Shown: positions 9,645-20,200 of the stretch, one piece after another
How positions within the stretch are numbered: the stretch's first letter is position 1
Layout of the letters: the number at the start of each line of letters is the position of its first letter
NCBI GenBank assembly: GCA_018970325.1
Contig: JAGWWP010000001.1
Span: 74,570 to 138,569, forward strand
DNA from: Cyanobacteria bacterium REEB446
Lineage (GTDB): Bacteria > Cyanobacteriota > Vampirovibrionia > LMEP-6097
Direction: 5' to 3'
Length of the DNA: 64,000 bases
Notes under the pieces: generated by a model
Databases searched by the model: none
Told to the model about the DNA's origin: nothing
The model's input: only the letters and a program-made list of their open reading frames with translations
Position numbers and translations under genes: made by a program

Positions 9645-10484
9645 ATGAGTTGGCAGTCGTGTAAGAATAAAAGCATAATTCTTGCGATTGTAATCACTTT
9701 ACTAGTGTTTCCGATATTTGCTGGTGGTGGTGTCTATTGGCTAACGATTTTATTATTCTCTGATATCGCAAATAAGGAGCTGCTCATAGGTATAGTCTCT
9801 GCACTTATAGTTTTTGCTCTGACTAAAATTATCGAGCTCTTCGTAGCTGTAGCGAGCAGAAAGTTTCAACATCTATCAAGTTTAAATATTGCTGTTGCTT
9901 ACCTTAATGGACTTAGCCACGCAATTAAATATAATCTTGATATCGTTAATGCCAGGAAGTCTCGTATAAAAGACGGCTTGCCTTTTGTTACAGATGAGTT
10001 GGAAGCAATGCCTGTACTTGAGGACTATAGAACACAATTCTCTATTGCCAATTTAGAAATCATAAATAAATTGGAATCTGTGCGTCACTTTGTTAGCAAT
10101 TGCAATAGAATTACAGTCACTAACAACCATGACTACGGCAATATAAAAAAATACTTCAACGAGCTAAAAGATAAGCTCAATGATACAGATAGAAAGTTCT
10201 ATTGTGATAAGTTTGTTGAGAATTCACAAAATGTTATCAATAACCTTGAGCGCCTCAAAGTTGACTTATTGATTCTGAGTACCATGATTGCTATAAGGTT
10301 TGATAAAGACTATATTGATCCAGATATCAAGTTTTTTAATTTGTTCTTTGCTCAAGCAAAAGATGAAGCTAAGCAGGTAGAGTTAATTGACAAATTCAAA
10401 ACCAAAACGGCAATTGACTTCAAAGTTGATGACGATTTTTCTAAGAAGATTATTCAGACAATAGAGGGCAAAGAGTGTCTCTAA
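9645..10484 (+). CDS. Hypothetical membrane protein (2 N-terminal TM helices plus helical domain)
   Basis: Start moved to ATG 9645 because the called start (9555) lies inside the tRNA. Confidence 0.75.
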   Translation: MSWQSCKNKSIILAIVITLLVFPIFAGGGVYWLTILLFSDIANKELLIGIVSALIVFALTKIIELFVAVASRKFQHLSSLNIAVAYLNGLSHAIKYNLDIVNARKSRIKDGLPFVTDELEAMPVLEDYRTQFSIANLEIINKLESVRHFVSNCNRITVTNNHDYGNIKKYFNELKDKLNDTDRKFYCDKFVENSQNVINNLERLKVDLLILSTMIAIRFDKDYIDPDIKFFNLFFAQAKDEAKQVELIDKFKTKTAIDFKVDDDFSKKIIQTIEGKECL

Positions 10485-10513
10485 ACCACTAATGCCTTAT
10501 AATTACTAATATT

Positions 10514-11113
10514 GTGAAAATAATGCAGTATTTGGAAATAAGAGACAAGGAAGTGTTTCGTGGTATTTTATCAAGCATTGGAAATATTACTGTAAATTGG
10601 CGAAGATCAGCGAGCGACTATGAAAAACAAATTCAACAATTCTGCTTCGAGTATGTCGGAAATGAGTTACCTAAAGCAAAACTTTGGGTTATGGAGAAGG
10701 TAAACAATTTCCAGGTAACGAATATTGTTCCTATAGAAAAATTTCAACTAGAGCCTGATGAGTATAATTCTTTATTACATAGTTTTGCAGATGACATTCT
10801 TAAAGGTCATACGGATTTTGTTATAACACCTGAAAACCCAAATGTAGATGTTGAGTTCTACATGGGGAAAGAAGCTAAAAGAGCTCTGGAGCAATTTTCC
10901 TCGATGGCTAACAAGGGGACAGGGACTGGTCACCCCTCGGATCAAAGAAGATGGTTTGAATTTATAAAGATAGGCGTACTTGAGAACAAACTTGCACCTG
11001 TAGACTTAATAAGAGAATTTTTATTGCAGGATGGATGGTCAGAAGGGCGGGTTGAGCAATTATGCTTTGAATATGAATACACAATAGATGTAATGAAATT
11101 TTGTTTTAATTAA
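10514..11113 (+). CDS. Hypothetical protein
   Basis: 199-aa ORF with motif-like ANKGTGTGHPSDQRRW; 3 nt upstream of the PIN gene. Confidence 0.8.
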   Translation: MKIMQYLEIRDKEVFRGILSSIGNITVNWRRSASDYEKQIQQFCFEYVGNELPKAKLWVMEKVNNFQVTNIVPIEKFQLEPDEYNSLLHSFADDILKGHTDFVITPENPNVDVEFYMGKEAKRALEQFSSMANKGTGTGHPSDQRRWFEFIKIGVLENKLAPVDLIREFLLQDGWSEGRVEQLCFEYEYTIDVMKFCFN

Positions 11114-11116
11114 GTA

Positions 11117-11812
11117 ATGGAAGTGGATGAGACAGTTGACTCTTTATACAGTTCGGGCTTGCCAGTTATATTTTCGGATACCTGTTCGCTGCTGAATACT
11201 TTTGAAATTTTTAATGATAAGCGCAAAGAAAACTTTCTGGAAACTTTCAGAGAGGTACTTAAAAGAATAGAAGATAAAAAATACAACTCTGTAATAGTAT
11301 ATAAAGTAGCTGAAGAATATGAACAAAATTGTTCACGTACGTTAGCTCAATTAGGCATAGAATTAAATTATTTTTTTAGCAAAATGAACCATTACATTAG
11401 CGAGGATGAAAAAAGCAAACTTACGGTATACTCAGATAAACTTTCAAGCGGCGTACGAGGTGATGTCGAGAAGCTCTTAAAACAAAGCTTGATCTGCAGT
11501 AAACAAGTAAACTTATTCAACCAAGCTGTAGCAAGAATGAATAATGGTGAAGCTCCCGCGCATCGTGGTAAACGTGAGAGTACTCTAGGTGATTGCATTA
11601 TTATGGAATACATATCCTATATTTCTAGTCAGTTAAGGGGAAAGGGTTATTCCCAGCCAATTCATTTTGTATCTTCAAACACCAAAGATTTTGGCACTCC
11701 GCTAAGACCTGTTGACAAGTTAAAACAGCTCTTTGATCTTCATGAAATTACTCTACACAATGACTATTGGTATATTGTCAATAATGGCGACAATGTAATA
11801 GTCACGAGTTAA
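11117..11812 (+). CDS. PIN-domain nuclease (DUF4935-like)
   Basis: PIN acidic motifs IFSDTCSLL, VAEEY, LGDCII, FVSSNTKDF. Confidence 0.8.
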   Translation: MEVDETVDSLYSSGLPVIFSDTCSLLNTFEIFNDKRKENFLETFREVLKRIEDKKYNSVIVYKVAEEYEQNCSRTLAQLGIELNYFFSKMNHYISEDEKSKLTVYSDKLSSGVRGDVEKLLKQSLICSKQVNLFNQAVARMNNGEAPAHRGKRESTLGDCIIMEYISYISSQLRGKGYSQPIHFVSSNTKDFGTPLRPVDKLKQLFDLHEITLHNDYWYIVNNGDNVIVTS

Positions 11813-12006
11813 GCTGAGCTTACAAGTGATAAATTGAAAAAATCTTTCATTTAAGTCATTTTTTCAATTAAGGTTTTGGTAAGTAGCGGTTTCAAGATCT
11901 CAAGACTAATCCCAAATTTAATCTCACGGTTGCGAAACGCATTCATTAAGGCGTGCCATTTTTAGATTTATTAATTTAATAAGCTTAATAAAGCCAGAGT
12001 ATCAAT

Positions 12007-12297
12007 TTACTGTATCGTGAAAATACTATTTATTTTCTTCGCAGCCTCAAAATCTAGCTCCCCAAGATCATTTAAATCATGCGTCCAGTAAGTGACCTTT
12101 ACATAAGCCCATTTCAAGATTATTTCAGGGTGATGATTCATTTCTTCTGCTATTTCGCTAATTTTATTTACAAAAGCCAGAGCTTCATTAAAATTTTTAA
12201 ATTTAAATTCACGAAAGACTTTATTTGGCTTTTCTGGAGCTAGTTTCCAGCCGTTTAAGTTTTTAAGTTTTTCAGATATGTTCATAAGATTTTCCAT
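12007..12297 (-). CDS. phhB: Pterin-4-alpha-carbinolamine dehydratase
   Basis: FKFKNF..A..F, AEEMNHHPEI, YWTHD. Confidence 0.9.
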   Translation of the reverse strand: MENLMNISEKLKNLNGWKLAPEKPNKVFREFKFKNFNEALAFVNKISEIAEEMNHHPEIILKWAYVKVTYWTHDLNDLGELDFEAAKKINSIFTIQ

Positions 12298-12319
12298 AGA
12301 ATCTCTGTAAGTTCATTAT

Positions 12320-12760
12320 CTATCGCAGCGCGAACTCTTGACTAGCAGTTAAATCTAATTGCTTAAAAAGATATTTCACTTCAGTTAAAAATTCAGGAAT
12401 ATTTTGGTATATGTCCTCTGCCTTGTTTTCATCATAAGTATGGCTTGTAATTCCTCTACGTTTTCGATAAGCTTTCCATGCTTCAAGATCATTTAGTAAA
12501 AGACCTTTTTCATATCCTTTTCTAATTAAGTCATTGAAAGTAATATCATCAAAATCTGGACTTGGTTCTGTGGTTTCCAAATATCTTTTTATAAGCTTCC
12601 AGCTTAGTTCATAGGTAAATGCAAATGCCTGAATGGCTCCAGCTTTTAACTGCTTTTCTATGCGTGAATCAAAGCTTCTCTCAGATTTATTTTCACAAAT
12701 ATCAAGACTGTCTTCTAATTGTTGACTAGCTTTCTTGAAAGAACTTAGATCTAGAGACAT
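12320..12760 (-). CDS. HI0074-family nucleotidyltransferase substrate-binding (HEPN) protein
   Basis: GAIQAFAFTYELSWK; RGITSHTY (R-X4-H). Confidence 0.88.
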   Translation of the reverse strand: MSLDLSSFKKASQQLEDSLDICENKSERSFDSRIEKQLKAGAIQAFAFTYELSWKLIKRYLETTEPSPDFDDITFNDLIRKGYEKGLLLNDLEAWKAYRKRRGITSHTYDENKAEDIYQNIPEFLTEVKYLFKQLDLTASQEFALR

Positions 12761-12792
12761 AATTCTACATTCTACCTGAACTAAAAAAGCTA

Positions 12793-13968
12793 TTAGATAA
12801 ACTCCTCAGAAAATTTTGTTATATCCCAAGGGTTAATAATGCTGGCTTTAGATCTATTCTGAGATTTCTCACCGCCATAGACTATTGCTTTTTTAATTAG
12901 CTGATCTTGAAAAATACTCTCAAAATAATTAAGGTTTCTAAAGAAACTTTCATGAAAAGTCTTTGCTGATTTGATTTCTGTACTAATTAACTTATCACTA
13001 ACTTTACTAACAAGGTCTATCTCATGTGTTCTATCTTGATAAAAATAATGATTACTCTGCTTGCCTTGATTAAAACGATATTTCACAAACTCCATTACTA
13101 CGAGGTTTTCAAATAAGCTACCAAATAAAGGATGTGATTTTACGTGTTTGGCACTTTCGTTATCAAGTAAACTCGCTGCTAGAGCTGGATCTGTAAAATA
13201 TAATTTAGGTGATTTAATGATCTGCTTTTTTATATTAGCGAAATATGGTGGTAATAGAAAAATAATGTAGGAAACCTCTAAGAGATTAATCCAGTTCTTT
13301 ACTGTATTCTGAGCGACTCCTAGATCATCAGCGATATTCTTGTAATTAAGGCATTGACCGATGCGTGCTGCACAGAGTTTTAAAAAATTTCTAAATAATC
13401 TTAAATCATGAACAGCTGTTAAATCACGTAAGTCTCTCTCCAAGTAAGTTTGAATATAGTCAGAATAATAAATACTAGGTTCTATATCCTCACTGTAGAT
13501 TCTTGGATAAAACCCTTTGTAAATTAATTCCGCCCAGTCATTTGTTTTAGCTTTATCTACTTTTCTCAACTCTTGTAAACTAAAAGGCAAAAGCTTTACT
13601 AGTCCTGTTCTACCAGCAAGAGACTGACTTACGTGTTTCATCAATTCAAAGTTCTGGCTGCCTGTGATTATAAAGAGTCCTTTCTCTTTGCGCTCATCCA
13701 CTAAAACCTGAAGATAGGATAATAATTTAGGCACTCTTTGAATCTCATCAATAATAGCCCCGTTAGGATACTCTTCCAGAAAGGCATTGGGGTCACTTTC
13801 TGCCATCTCTCGCATATCTAGTTTTTCTAGGTTAACGTACGCTTTTTCTGGAAAAACCATTTTGGCTAAAGTAGTTTTTCCAGATTGTCTTGGCCCAGTG
13901 ATGGTAATTATGGGATATTTCCCTGCAAGATAAAGAAGATGCTCTTTCAGTAAGCGTTTTATTGCCAT
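12793..13968 (-). CDS. AAA_14 ATPase with DUF4143 (PD-(D/E)XK-like) C-terminus
   Basis: GPRQSGKT, IIDEIQ, SLAGR, KSPKLYF, EIDLV...EIK; ATG at 13968, alternative GTG at 13983. Confidence 0.9.
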   Translation of the reverse strand: MAIKRLLKEHLLYLAGKYPIITITGPRQSGKTTLAKMVFPEKAYVNLEKLDMREMAESDPNAFLEEYPNGAIIDEIQRVPKLLSYLQVLVDERKEKGLFIITGSQNFELMKHVSQSLAGRTGLVKLLPFSLQELRKVDKAKTNDWAELIYKGFYPRIYSEDIEPSIYYSDYIQTYLERDLRDLTAVHDLRLFRNFLKLCAARIGQCLNYKNIADDLGVAQNTVKNWINLLEVSYIIFLLPPYFANIKKQIIKSPKLYFTDPALAASLLDNESAKHVKSHPLFGSLFENLVVMEFVKYRFNQGKQSNHYFYQDRTHEIDLVSKVSDKLISTEIKSAKTFHESFFRNLNYFESIFQDQLIKKAIVYGGEKSQNRSKASIINPWDITKFSEEFI

Positions 13969-13982
13969 ATTTTTATTATGCA

Positions 13983-14011
13983 CTAAATATGCAAAAAAAT
14001 TGCATATTTAG
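13983..14011. promoter_or_regulatory. Operator-like perfect palindrome upstream of ATPase 1
   Basis: ctaaatatgcaa-N5-ttgcatatttag (12-bp arms). Confidence 0.6.
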
Positions 14012-14066
14012 CCTATTTTATTTCACGTCGTAGCGATCTCTGAGATTGCAAAGAATTTTACTAAAA

Positions 14067-14143
14067 TGGCACCCTCGAGAGGAATTGAACCTCCGACCTA
14101 GTCGTTAGGAATGACTTGCTCTATCCTGCTGAGCTACGAGGGC
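14067..14143 (-). tRNA. tRNA-Arg(CCU)
   Basis: Reverse complement gccctcgtagctcagcaggatagagc...ttCCTaa...ggttcaattcctctcgagggtgCCA. Confidence 0.95.
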
Positions 14144-14173
14144 TTAATTAGAATTTTAGCGTATTATTCCCAT

Positions 14174-15229
14174 TTACATAAACTCTTGCTTGCTCATACA
14201 ATGCAGTGAACCACCTTGCTGAATAACTAGTGAACTATCAAAGCCGATAACTTTCCTGTCTGGGAAAAGCTTCTGTAAGATATCTATCGCTTGCTGATCT
14301 TGCGGGCAGTTATAAGTAGGAACTATAATCGCTCCATTTAAGAAAACGAAATTAGCGTAAGAATAAGCCAAAGCCTTCTCTATAAATCCTTCTGGCTCAG
14401 GAAGAGGTAATTTAATTACTTCTAAGTCAGAGAAAGCTTCTAGCGTTTTAAAATTCTCTTTAGAGATCTCGTAGTTCGGGCTTGCTGGATTTTCAGTATA
14501 AGAAAGTACCACTCTTTCATCATCTATAAACCTAGCAGTGTTATCTACATGCCCGTCAGTATGATCGTTTGCGATACCTTTATCTAGCCATATTACTTGT
14601 TTAATACCAAGAGCGTTAAACAAAAGTTCTTCGAAATCTTTTTCTGTAAAGTTTTTATTACGATTAGTATTTAAGACACACTGGCGAGTCGTAAGTAGGT
14701 AGCCTTTCTCTGAATAATCTATAGCGCCACCTTCTAAAAATTTATCGTAAGACTTTACAGTTAACCCTTCTAATTCTCCTACTGCCGCTGGTAGAACGTT
14801 ATCTTTATCCCATGGCGGAAACTTCTCTCCCCAAGCGTTAAAGGCGAAATCTACTACTATCTTCTCCTCGGTCTCTTTATCTATAGCGAATATAGGACCG
14901 AAATCTCTAATCCAAATATCATTATTCGGGATTACTAGAGATATGAGTTTAAAAGGTTTAGCAGCAAAGCTAGTGAGTTTATCGATATTCTCCATCAACA
15001 TGGCTTCAGTATCGAATAGTAGTTTTATGTCTTGATAATCTAGGACTATGTCTATAAATCTCCAGAAAAATTCTTTCATTAACGTTAGACCGTCTTTATC
15101 AGGCTCACTTGCAAGTTTAGAGTTGAGGTGGATTTTATTATGTGGAAAGCTGAGCCAGACGGCTTTTTGCTCTAACCATTCTGCGGGGGTATGGACTAGC
15201 GTTTCTTTATTAATGTATGTAGTGGTCAT
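14174..15229 (-). CDS. aguA: Agmatine deiminase (peptidylarginine deiminase family)
   Basis: PAEW, WIRDFGP, LEGGAI, DHTDGHVD, GGSLHC. Confidence 0.9.
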   Translation of the reverse strand: MTTTYINKETLVHTPAEWLEQKAVWLSFPHNKIHLNSKLASEPDKDGLTLMKEFFWRFIDIVLDYQDIKLLFDTEAMLMENIDKLTSFAAKPFKLISLVIPNNDIWIRDFGPIFAIDKETEEKIVVDFAFNAWGEKFPPWDKDNVLPAAVGELEGLTVKSYDKFLEGGAIDYSEKGYLLTTRQCVLNTNRNKNFTEKDFEELLFNALGIKQVIWLDKGIANDHTDGHVDNTARFIDDERVVLSYTENPASPNYEISKENFKTLEAFSDLEVIKLPLPEPEGFIEKALAYSYANFVFLNGAIIVPTYNCPQDQQAIDILQKLFPDRKVIGFDSSLVIQQGGSLHCMSKQEFM

Positions 15230-15305
15230 GCTGTTTCTCTTTTAGGTGTTTTCTATTTCAAAAAAAATTTTAACTAATTATGAGTTGATTTAAAAATCGG
15301 CGAAC

Positions 15306-16178
15306 TTACTCTACCCAGATCTTAAGTAGATCACTGAAAGCATCTACTCGCCTATCTCTAAAATAAGGCCAGTAACGATTCGCTTCATCTATAACTTTTA
15401 AATCTAAGTCAAGGTGGCTTATGGTTTCATCTTGACCATTTCTTTCTAGAATTCTGCCATAAGGATCTATGCAGAAAGAGTTTCCCCAGAAATCTAAGTG
15501 ACCTTCCTTGCCTACTCTATTGACGGCGATAACGAAAACGTGATTAGCTATAGCATGAGCACGCATCGAGGTAAACCAAGCCTCAAGCTGATCTTGGTAA
15601 ATATCTGGCGAAGCAGTGCCATCCCAGCCTATAGCAGTAGGATAAATTAATATCTGTGCCCCCTTTAAAGCATTTATACGAGCGGCTTCAGGGAACCATT
15701 GATCCCAGCAGATTAGGCAGCCGACTTTAAAGCTATCCCCAGCCGAGCTTTTAACATCAGCTACTTGAAAACCTTTATCTCCAGCCCTGAAATAATATTT
15801 TTCATAGAATCCCGGATCATCTGGGATGTGCATTTTACGATAATGGCAGTTAATCTGCCCCTCTCTATCTATGACATAAAGGCTGTTGAAATATACGGCT
15901 GGAGAGACTTTCTCAAAAAAAGGAAAAACCAGATTAATGGATAGTTCTTTAGCTAAAGCTAAAAAGTGTTTAATTTCCTCCGCATCTTTATGAAAAGCTA
16001 GATCGAAATTTTCAGGTGCTTCAGTAATCGCTAAATAATCAGTAAGGCAGAGCTCCTGAAGTATAACTAAATCAGGTGTAATACTAGAGCAGGCTTCTCT
16101 AATTTTTTGTGTTAGGTAACTGAGATTCTTTTCTATAGTTCCCTGAGATTTTCCCTGAATCCATGCGACTTTAACCAT
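15306..16178 (-). CDS. aguB: N-carbamoylputrescine amidase (carbon-nitrogen hydrolase)
   Basis: LQEL, YRKMHIPDDPGFYEKYYF, ICWDQWFPE; adjacent to aguA. Confidence 0.9.
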   Translation of the reverse strand: MVKVAWIQGKSQGTIEKNLSYLTQKIREACSSITPDLVILQELCLTDYLAITEAPENFDLAFHKDAEEIKHFLALAKELSINLVFPFFEKVSPAVYFNSLYVIDREGQINCHYRKMHIPDDPGFYEKYYFRAGDKGFQVADVKSSAGDSFKVGCLICWDQWFPEAARINALKGAQILIYPTAIGWDGTASPDIYQDQLEAWFTSMRAHAIANHVFVIAVNRVGKEGHLDFWGNSFCIDPYGRILERNGQDETISHLDLDLKVIDEANRYWPYFRDRRVDAFSDLLKIWVE

Positions 16179-16288
16179 AGGGGTTTATTTTAGCTTGTTG
16201 CTTTTTTACTGTGTGGAAAACAAGTGAAATTTTATTAGCCTCAAACAAAAATAAAACATTTCCCTACATATAATTTAGAATAGACAAA

Positions 16289-17161
16289 GTGGTTGCAGTT
16301 CAAGAAAAAGATCTGAATAGAATAGGCTTTGTAGCCACACTTGGGCTTTTTGCTTTACTTGCTTTTATTTTTTGGCTAAAAGGACATGATTTTAATAAAT
16401 CTAGGACTTTTACTTTTTATTTTGAAAATGTTAATGGTCTAGAAGAAGGTTCTGCTCTGAGGTGGCATGGACTTAAGATTGGCTTGGTGAAATCGATAGA
16501 ACCTGTTCGTCAGAATATTGACTTAGAGCCACTGCCGAGTAAAGAGATAGCTGAAATAGGTAATATTCATCTTCAGGAAGGTAAGCGTTTACTTACTAGT
16601 TCAAGTATTCAGGATTTAGTTTTTGCAAGAGAGAAAATTAACCAAGCCCAATTAGAGATTGGGCTTGCGAGGTTGGCTACTGATCAGCACCATATTCGAA
16701 AAGGAAAGCATATTGCGGTTCAGGCTATAGTGACTATGGACGATGTCCCTATAAGCTTAGTGAATCAGGTTACTATAGTGCCTTCTGGTTTAATTGGTGA
16801 GCAATACGTGGATCTTACTTCGATTAAGATAGAAGAACAGTTTCTTGATAAATTTAATTATGATGAACCACATTTTATAAGTTTAGAGCCGATTAGGCTT
16901 GATAGTTTGATTAGGGTTAATCTTGAATCTTCTGAGGCGATTAAGAATTTAGCGAATAGAGTAAATGCTGTGTTTGGCGAAGAAGATGCGGATAATATTA
17001 AAAATCTTATTAAGGCTTCGAATTCTTTTGTTAATGATCCACAGCTAAGAAAAGGTATAAAGGAATCTACGGAAAATATCAGAAAAATAACTGAGGATTT
17101 TTCGATTTGGACTTTATTGTTTGGTTCTAAGAAAAAAGAACACAAATATATTAATCAATAA
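16289..17161 (+). CDS. MlaD/MCE family protein
   Basis: N-terminal TM, FENVNGL..GS...GLKIG.V, SGLIGEQYVDL. Confidence 0.85.
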   Translation: MVAVQEKDLNRIGFVATLGLFALLAFIFWLKGHDFNKSRTFTFYFENVNGLEEGSALRWHGLKIGLVKSIEPVRQNIDLEPLPSKEIAEIGNIHLQEGKRLLTSSSIQDLVFAREKINQAQLEIGLARLATDQHHIRKGKHIAVQAIVTMDDVPISLVNQVTIVPSGLIGEQYVDLTSIKIEEQFLDKFNYDEPHFISLEPIRLDSLIRVNLESSEAIKNLANRVNAVFGEEDADNIKNLIKASNSFVNDPQLRKGIKESTENIRKITEDFSIWTLLFGSKKKEHKYINQ

Positions 17162-17281
17162 GACATTAAATTAGAAATAAAATATAAAGAATAATTCATC
17201 GAGCTTAGCATAATATTACATTATGTTATTATAGGTAATTCAATAGTAGGATACCCTTATTGGGGCCTCGTTCGGCATTCT

Positions 17282-20200
17282 ATGATAACAAAAAATTATT
17301 CTCGTAAGATCCCTAAAGTCAAAGCCTATAAGGGACAAAGAACAATAAAGTTACCAGATCTAACCGAAATTCAAAAGCAATCTTTCCAGAGGTTTTTGAC
17401 AGAGGGGCTAGCTGAAGAGTTAGAGAATTTCTCGCCAGTAACTGACTATACAGGCAGATTGGAATTATATTTTTTACATAATCATTATACTTTTGAGGAG
17501 CATCAAGAGCCTAATAAGGCTAAGACTCCGATGGAGGCTAGGCTGAATGAGCAAAGCTTTACTAAAAAGTTATATATAAAAGTGCGTTTCGTAAATAGAG
17601 ACAGCGGTGAAATTAAAGAAAGTAAAATGTTCATCGGCGAAATACCTATGATGACTGAAAGAGGTACTTTCATCGTTAATGGTGCTGAGCGTGTAGTTGT
17701 TTCTCAGATCGTTAGATCACCTGGTATTTATTACAAGAGAGAAATCGAGCCAAGTGGTAAGAGAATATTTAATGCGACGCTGATTCCGAATAGAGGCGCT
17801 TGGATTAAGTTAGAGACTGATGTTTCTGATTATATTTATATTAAAATTGATAAAACAAGAAAAATCCCTGTAACGGTTTTCCTGAGAGCATTGGGTTATA
17901 CCGAAGCGGATATGAAAGATCTGTTCTCTCATTATGATTTCTTGGCTAAGACATTTGAAAAAGATCCGACTTCTAATGAGGAAGAGGCTTTAATCGAGCT
18001 TTATAAGAAAATGAGACCGGGTGAGCATCCTTCTGTGGATGGTGCTAGGCAGCTTATAGAAAGTAGATTCTTTAATGCTAAGAAGTATGATTTAGGTTTC
18101 GTTGGTAGATATAAGCTTAATAAAAAGTTAGGACCTAATGCCCCAGAGGATTTAAGAGTTCTTACTAAGGAAGATTTTATTGCAGCTATTGATTATTTAG
18201 TTAAGCTTAATTTTGATGAAGCTCAGATAGATGATATTGATCACTTGGGTAACAGAAGAGTTAGATCAGTAGGTGAATTACTTCAGAATCAGTTTAGATT
18301 AGGTTTAAGTAGAATCGAGAGAATTATTAAAGAGAGAATGACTCTTCAAGAGCAGGAAGGTCTGACTCCAGCTAATTTGATTAATCCTAAGCCATTGGTT
18401 TCTGCTATTAGAGAGTTCTTCGGTTCTTCTCAGTTGTCACAGTTTATGGATCAGACTAATCCACTTGCAGAGTTAACGCATAAGCGTCGTATTTCTGCTC
18501 TTGGTCCTGGTGGTTTATCTCGTGAGAGAGCTGGCTTTGCGGTTCGTGATATTCACCCTTCTCAAAACGGAAGACTTTGTCCAGTAGAGACTCCAGAGGG
18601 TCCTAACGCTGGTCTTATCGGTAGTTTAGCTTCACATGCAAGAATTAACGATTTTGGTTTTATTGAAACTCCATACAGATCAGTAGTTGATGGCATAGTT
18701 ACGAACGAAGTTAAATACTATACTGCTACTGATGAGGATAACTCTAAGATCGCTACGGGTGATACTCGTATAGAAGAGTCTGGTCATTTTACTAATGACA
18801 TGGTTCCAGTTAAATATAAGAATGAATTTATTGAGACTAAAGGTGAAGATGTAGACTTAGTGGGTGTTTCACCTATTCAGATCGTTTCGATTGGTACTTC
18901 TTTAATTCCTTTCTTAGAGCATGATGATGCGAACCGTGCACTTATGGGTTCTAACATGCAACGTCAAGCAGTTCCTTTACTTAAAGCCGAGAGAACGCTT
19001 GTAGGTACTGGTATAGAGGGACAGGTAGCTAGAGATAGTGGCATGGTGGTTATTTCTGATCATGACGGTATCGTAGACTACGTTGACTCTAGAAGAATTA
19101 GAATTAAATTTACTGAAGATGGAAAAGGTTCTAAGACCTATGATCTTCTTAAGTACATGAGATCTAATCAAGACACTTGTTTGAATCAGACTCCTATTGT
19201 CAAGATTGGTCAAGAAGTGAAAGCTGGTCAGGCGCTTACAGATGGTGCTGCGACTTGTGAAGGTGAACTCGCATTAGGTAAAAATCTTCTTGTAGCTTTC
19301 ATGCCTTGGGAAGGATATAACTTTGAGGATGCGGTTCTGATTTCCCAAAGACTAGTTAGAGAAGATGTTTATACATCTATCCACATTGAAAAATATGAAA
19401 TAGATGCTAGGCAGACTAAGCTAGGAGCTGAAGAAATCACTAGAGAACTTCCTAATATTAGTGAAGATGCTCTTAAGCACCTTGATGAAAATGGTATCGT
19501 TCGTATCGGAGCGATGGTTAAAGAGAATGATATTCTGGTTGGTAAGATTACTCCTAAGGGTGAATCTGATAATCCTCCTGAAGAAAGACTTCTTAGAGCT
19601 ATTTTTGGTGAGAAAGCTAGAGATGTTAAGGATAATTCACTCAGAGTGCCACATGGCGAGAAAGGTAGAGTTATAGCTGTAAGAATTTACGATAGAGATA
19701 AAGGTGATGAATTGCCTCCTGTTTCTAACAAGATAGTTAGAGTCTTTATAGCTCAGAAAAGAAGAATTTCTGTTGGTGATAAAGTCGCTGGTAGACACGG
19801 TAATAAGGGTATTATTTCTAGAATTCTTCCAGTTGAGGATATGCCGCATTTACCAGATGGTTCTCCAGTAGACATAGTTCTAAATCCACTGGGTGTTCCT
19901 TCACGTATGAACGTAGGTCAAATCTATGAGTGTATTTTAGGTATGGCAGCTACGATTTTAGATCATGCTTATGAAGTTCCTTCTTTTGATGAAATGTTTG
20001 GTGAAGGTGCTTCTGATAATTTAATTAAAGATGAAATCACTAAAGCTAGAACTATAGAGAATGGTAAGTATTCTTGGTTAGGTGCTGACGGAAAAGTTAA
20101 ATTAGTAGATGGTCGTACTGGTGAGTATTTTGATAATCCTGTCTTAGTTGGGGTTATGTATATTCTTAAATTAGTTCACCTTGTTGATGACAAGATTCAC

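Larger units (their letters stand above)
9595..11963 (+). mobile_element. tRNA-Arg(UCU)-anchored genomic islet, no integrase
   Basis: 14-bp direct repeat ggcgtgccattttt at 9595-9608 (tRNA 3' end) and 11950-11963 brackets three co-oriented non-housekeeping genes. Confidence 0.75.

Noticed and set aside
9473-9697. Minus-strand 74-aa ORF and the 9555 start of the next ORF
   Set aside because: Both overlap tRNA-Arg(UCU); artefacts.
11953-11965. Inverted match to the tRNA-Arg(CCU) 3' end (14061-14073)
   Set aside because: Explained by the similar 3' ends of the two tRNA-Arg genes; the direct repeat with tRNA-Arg(UCU) is longer.
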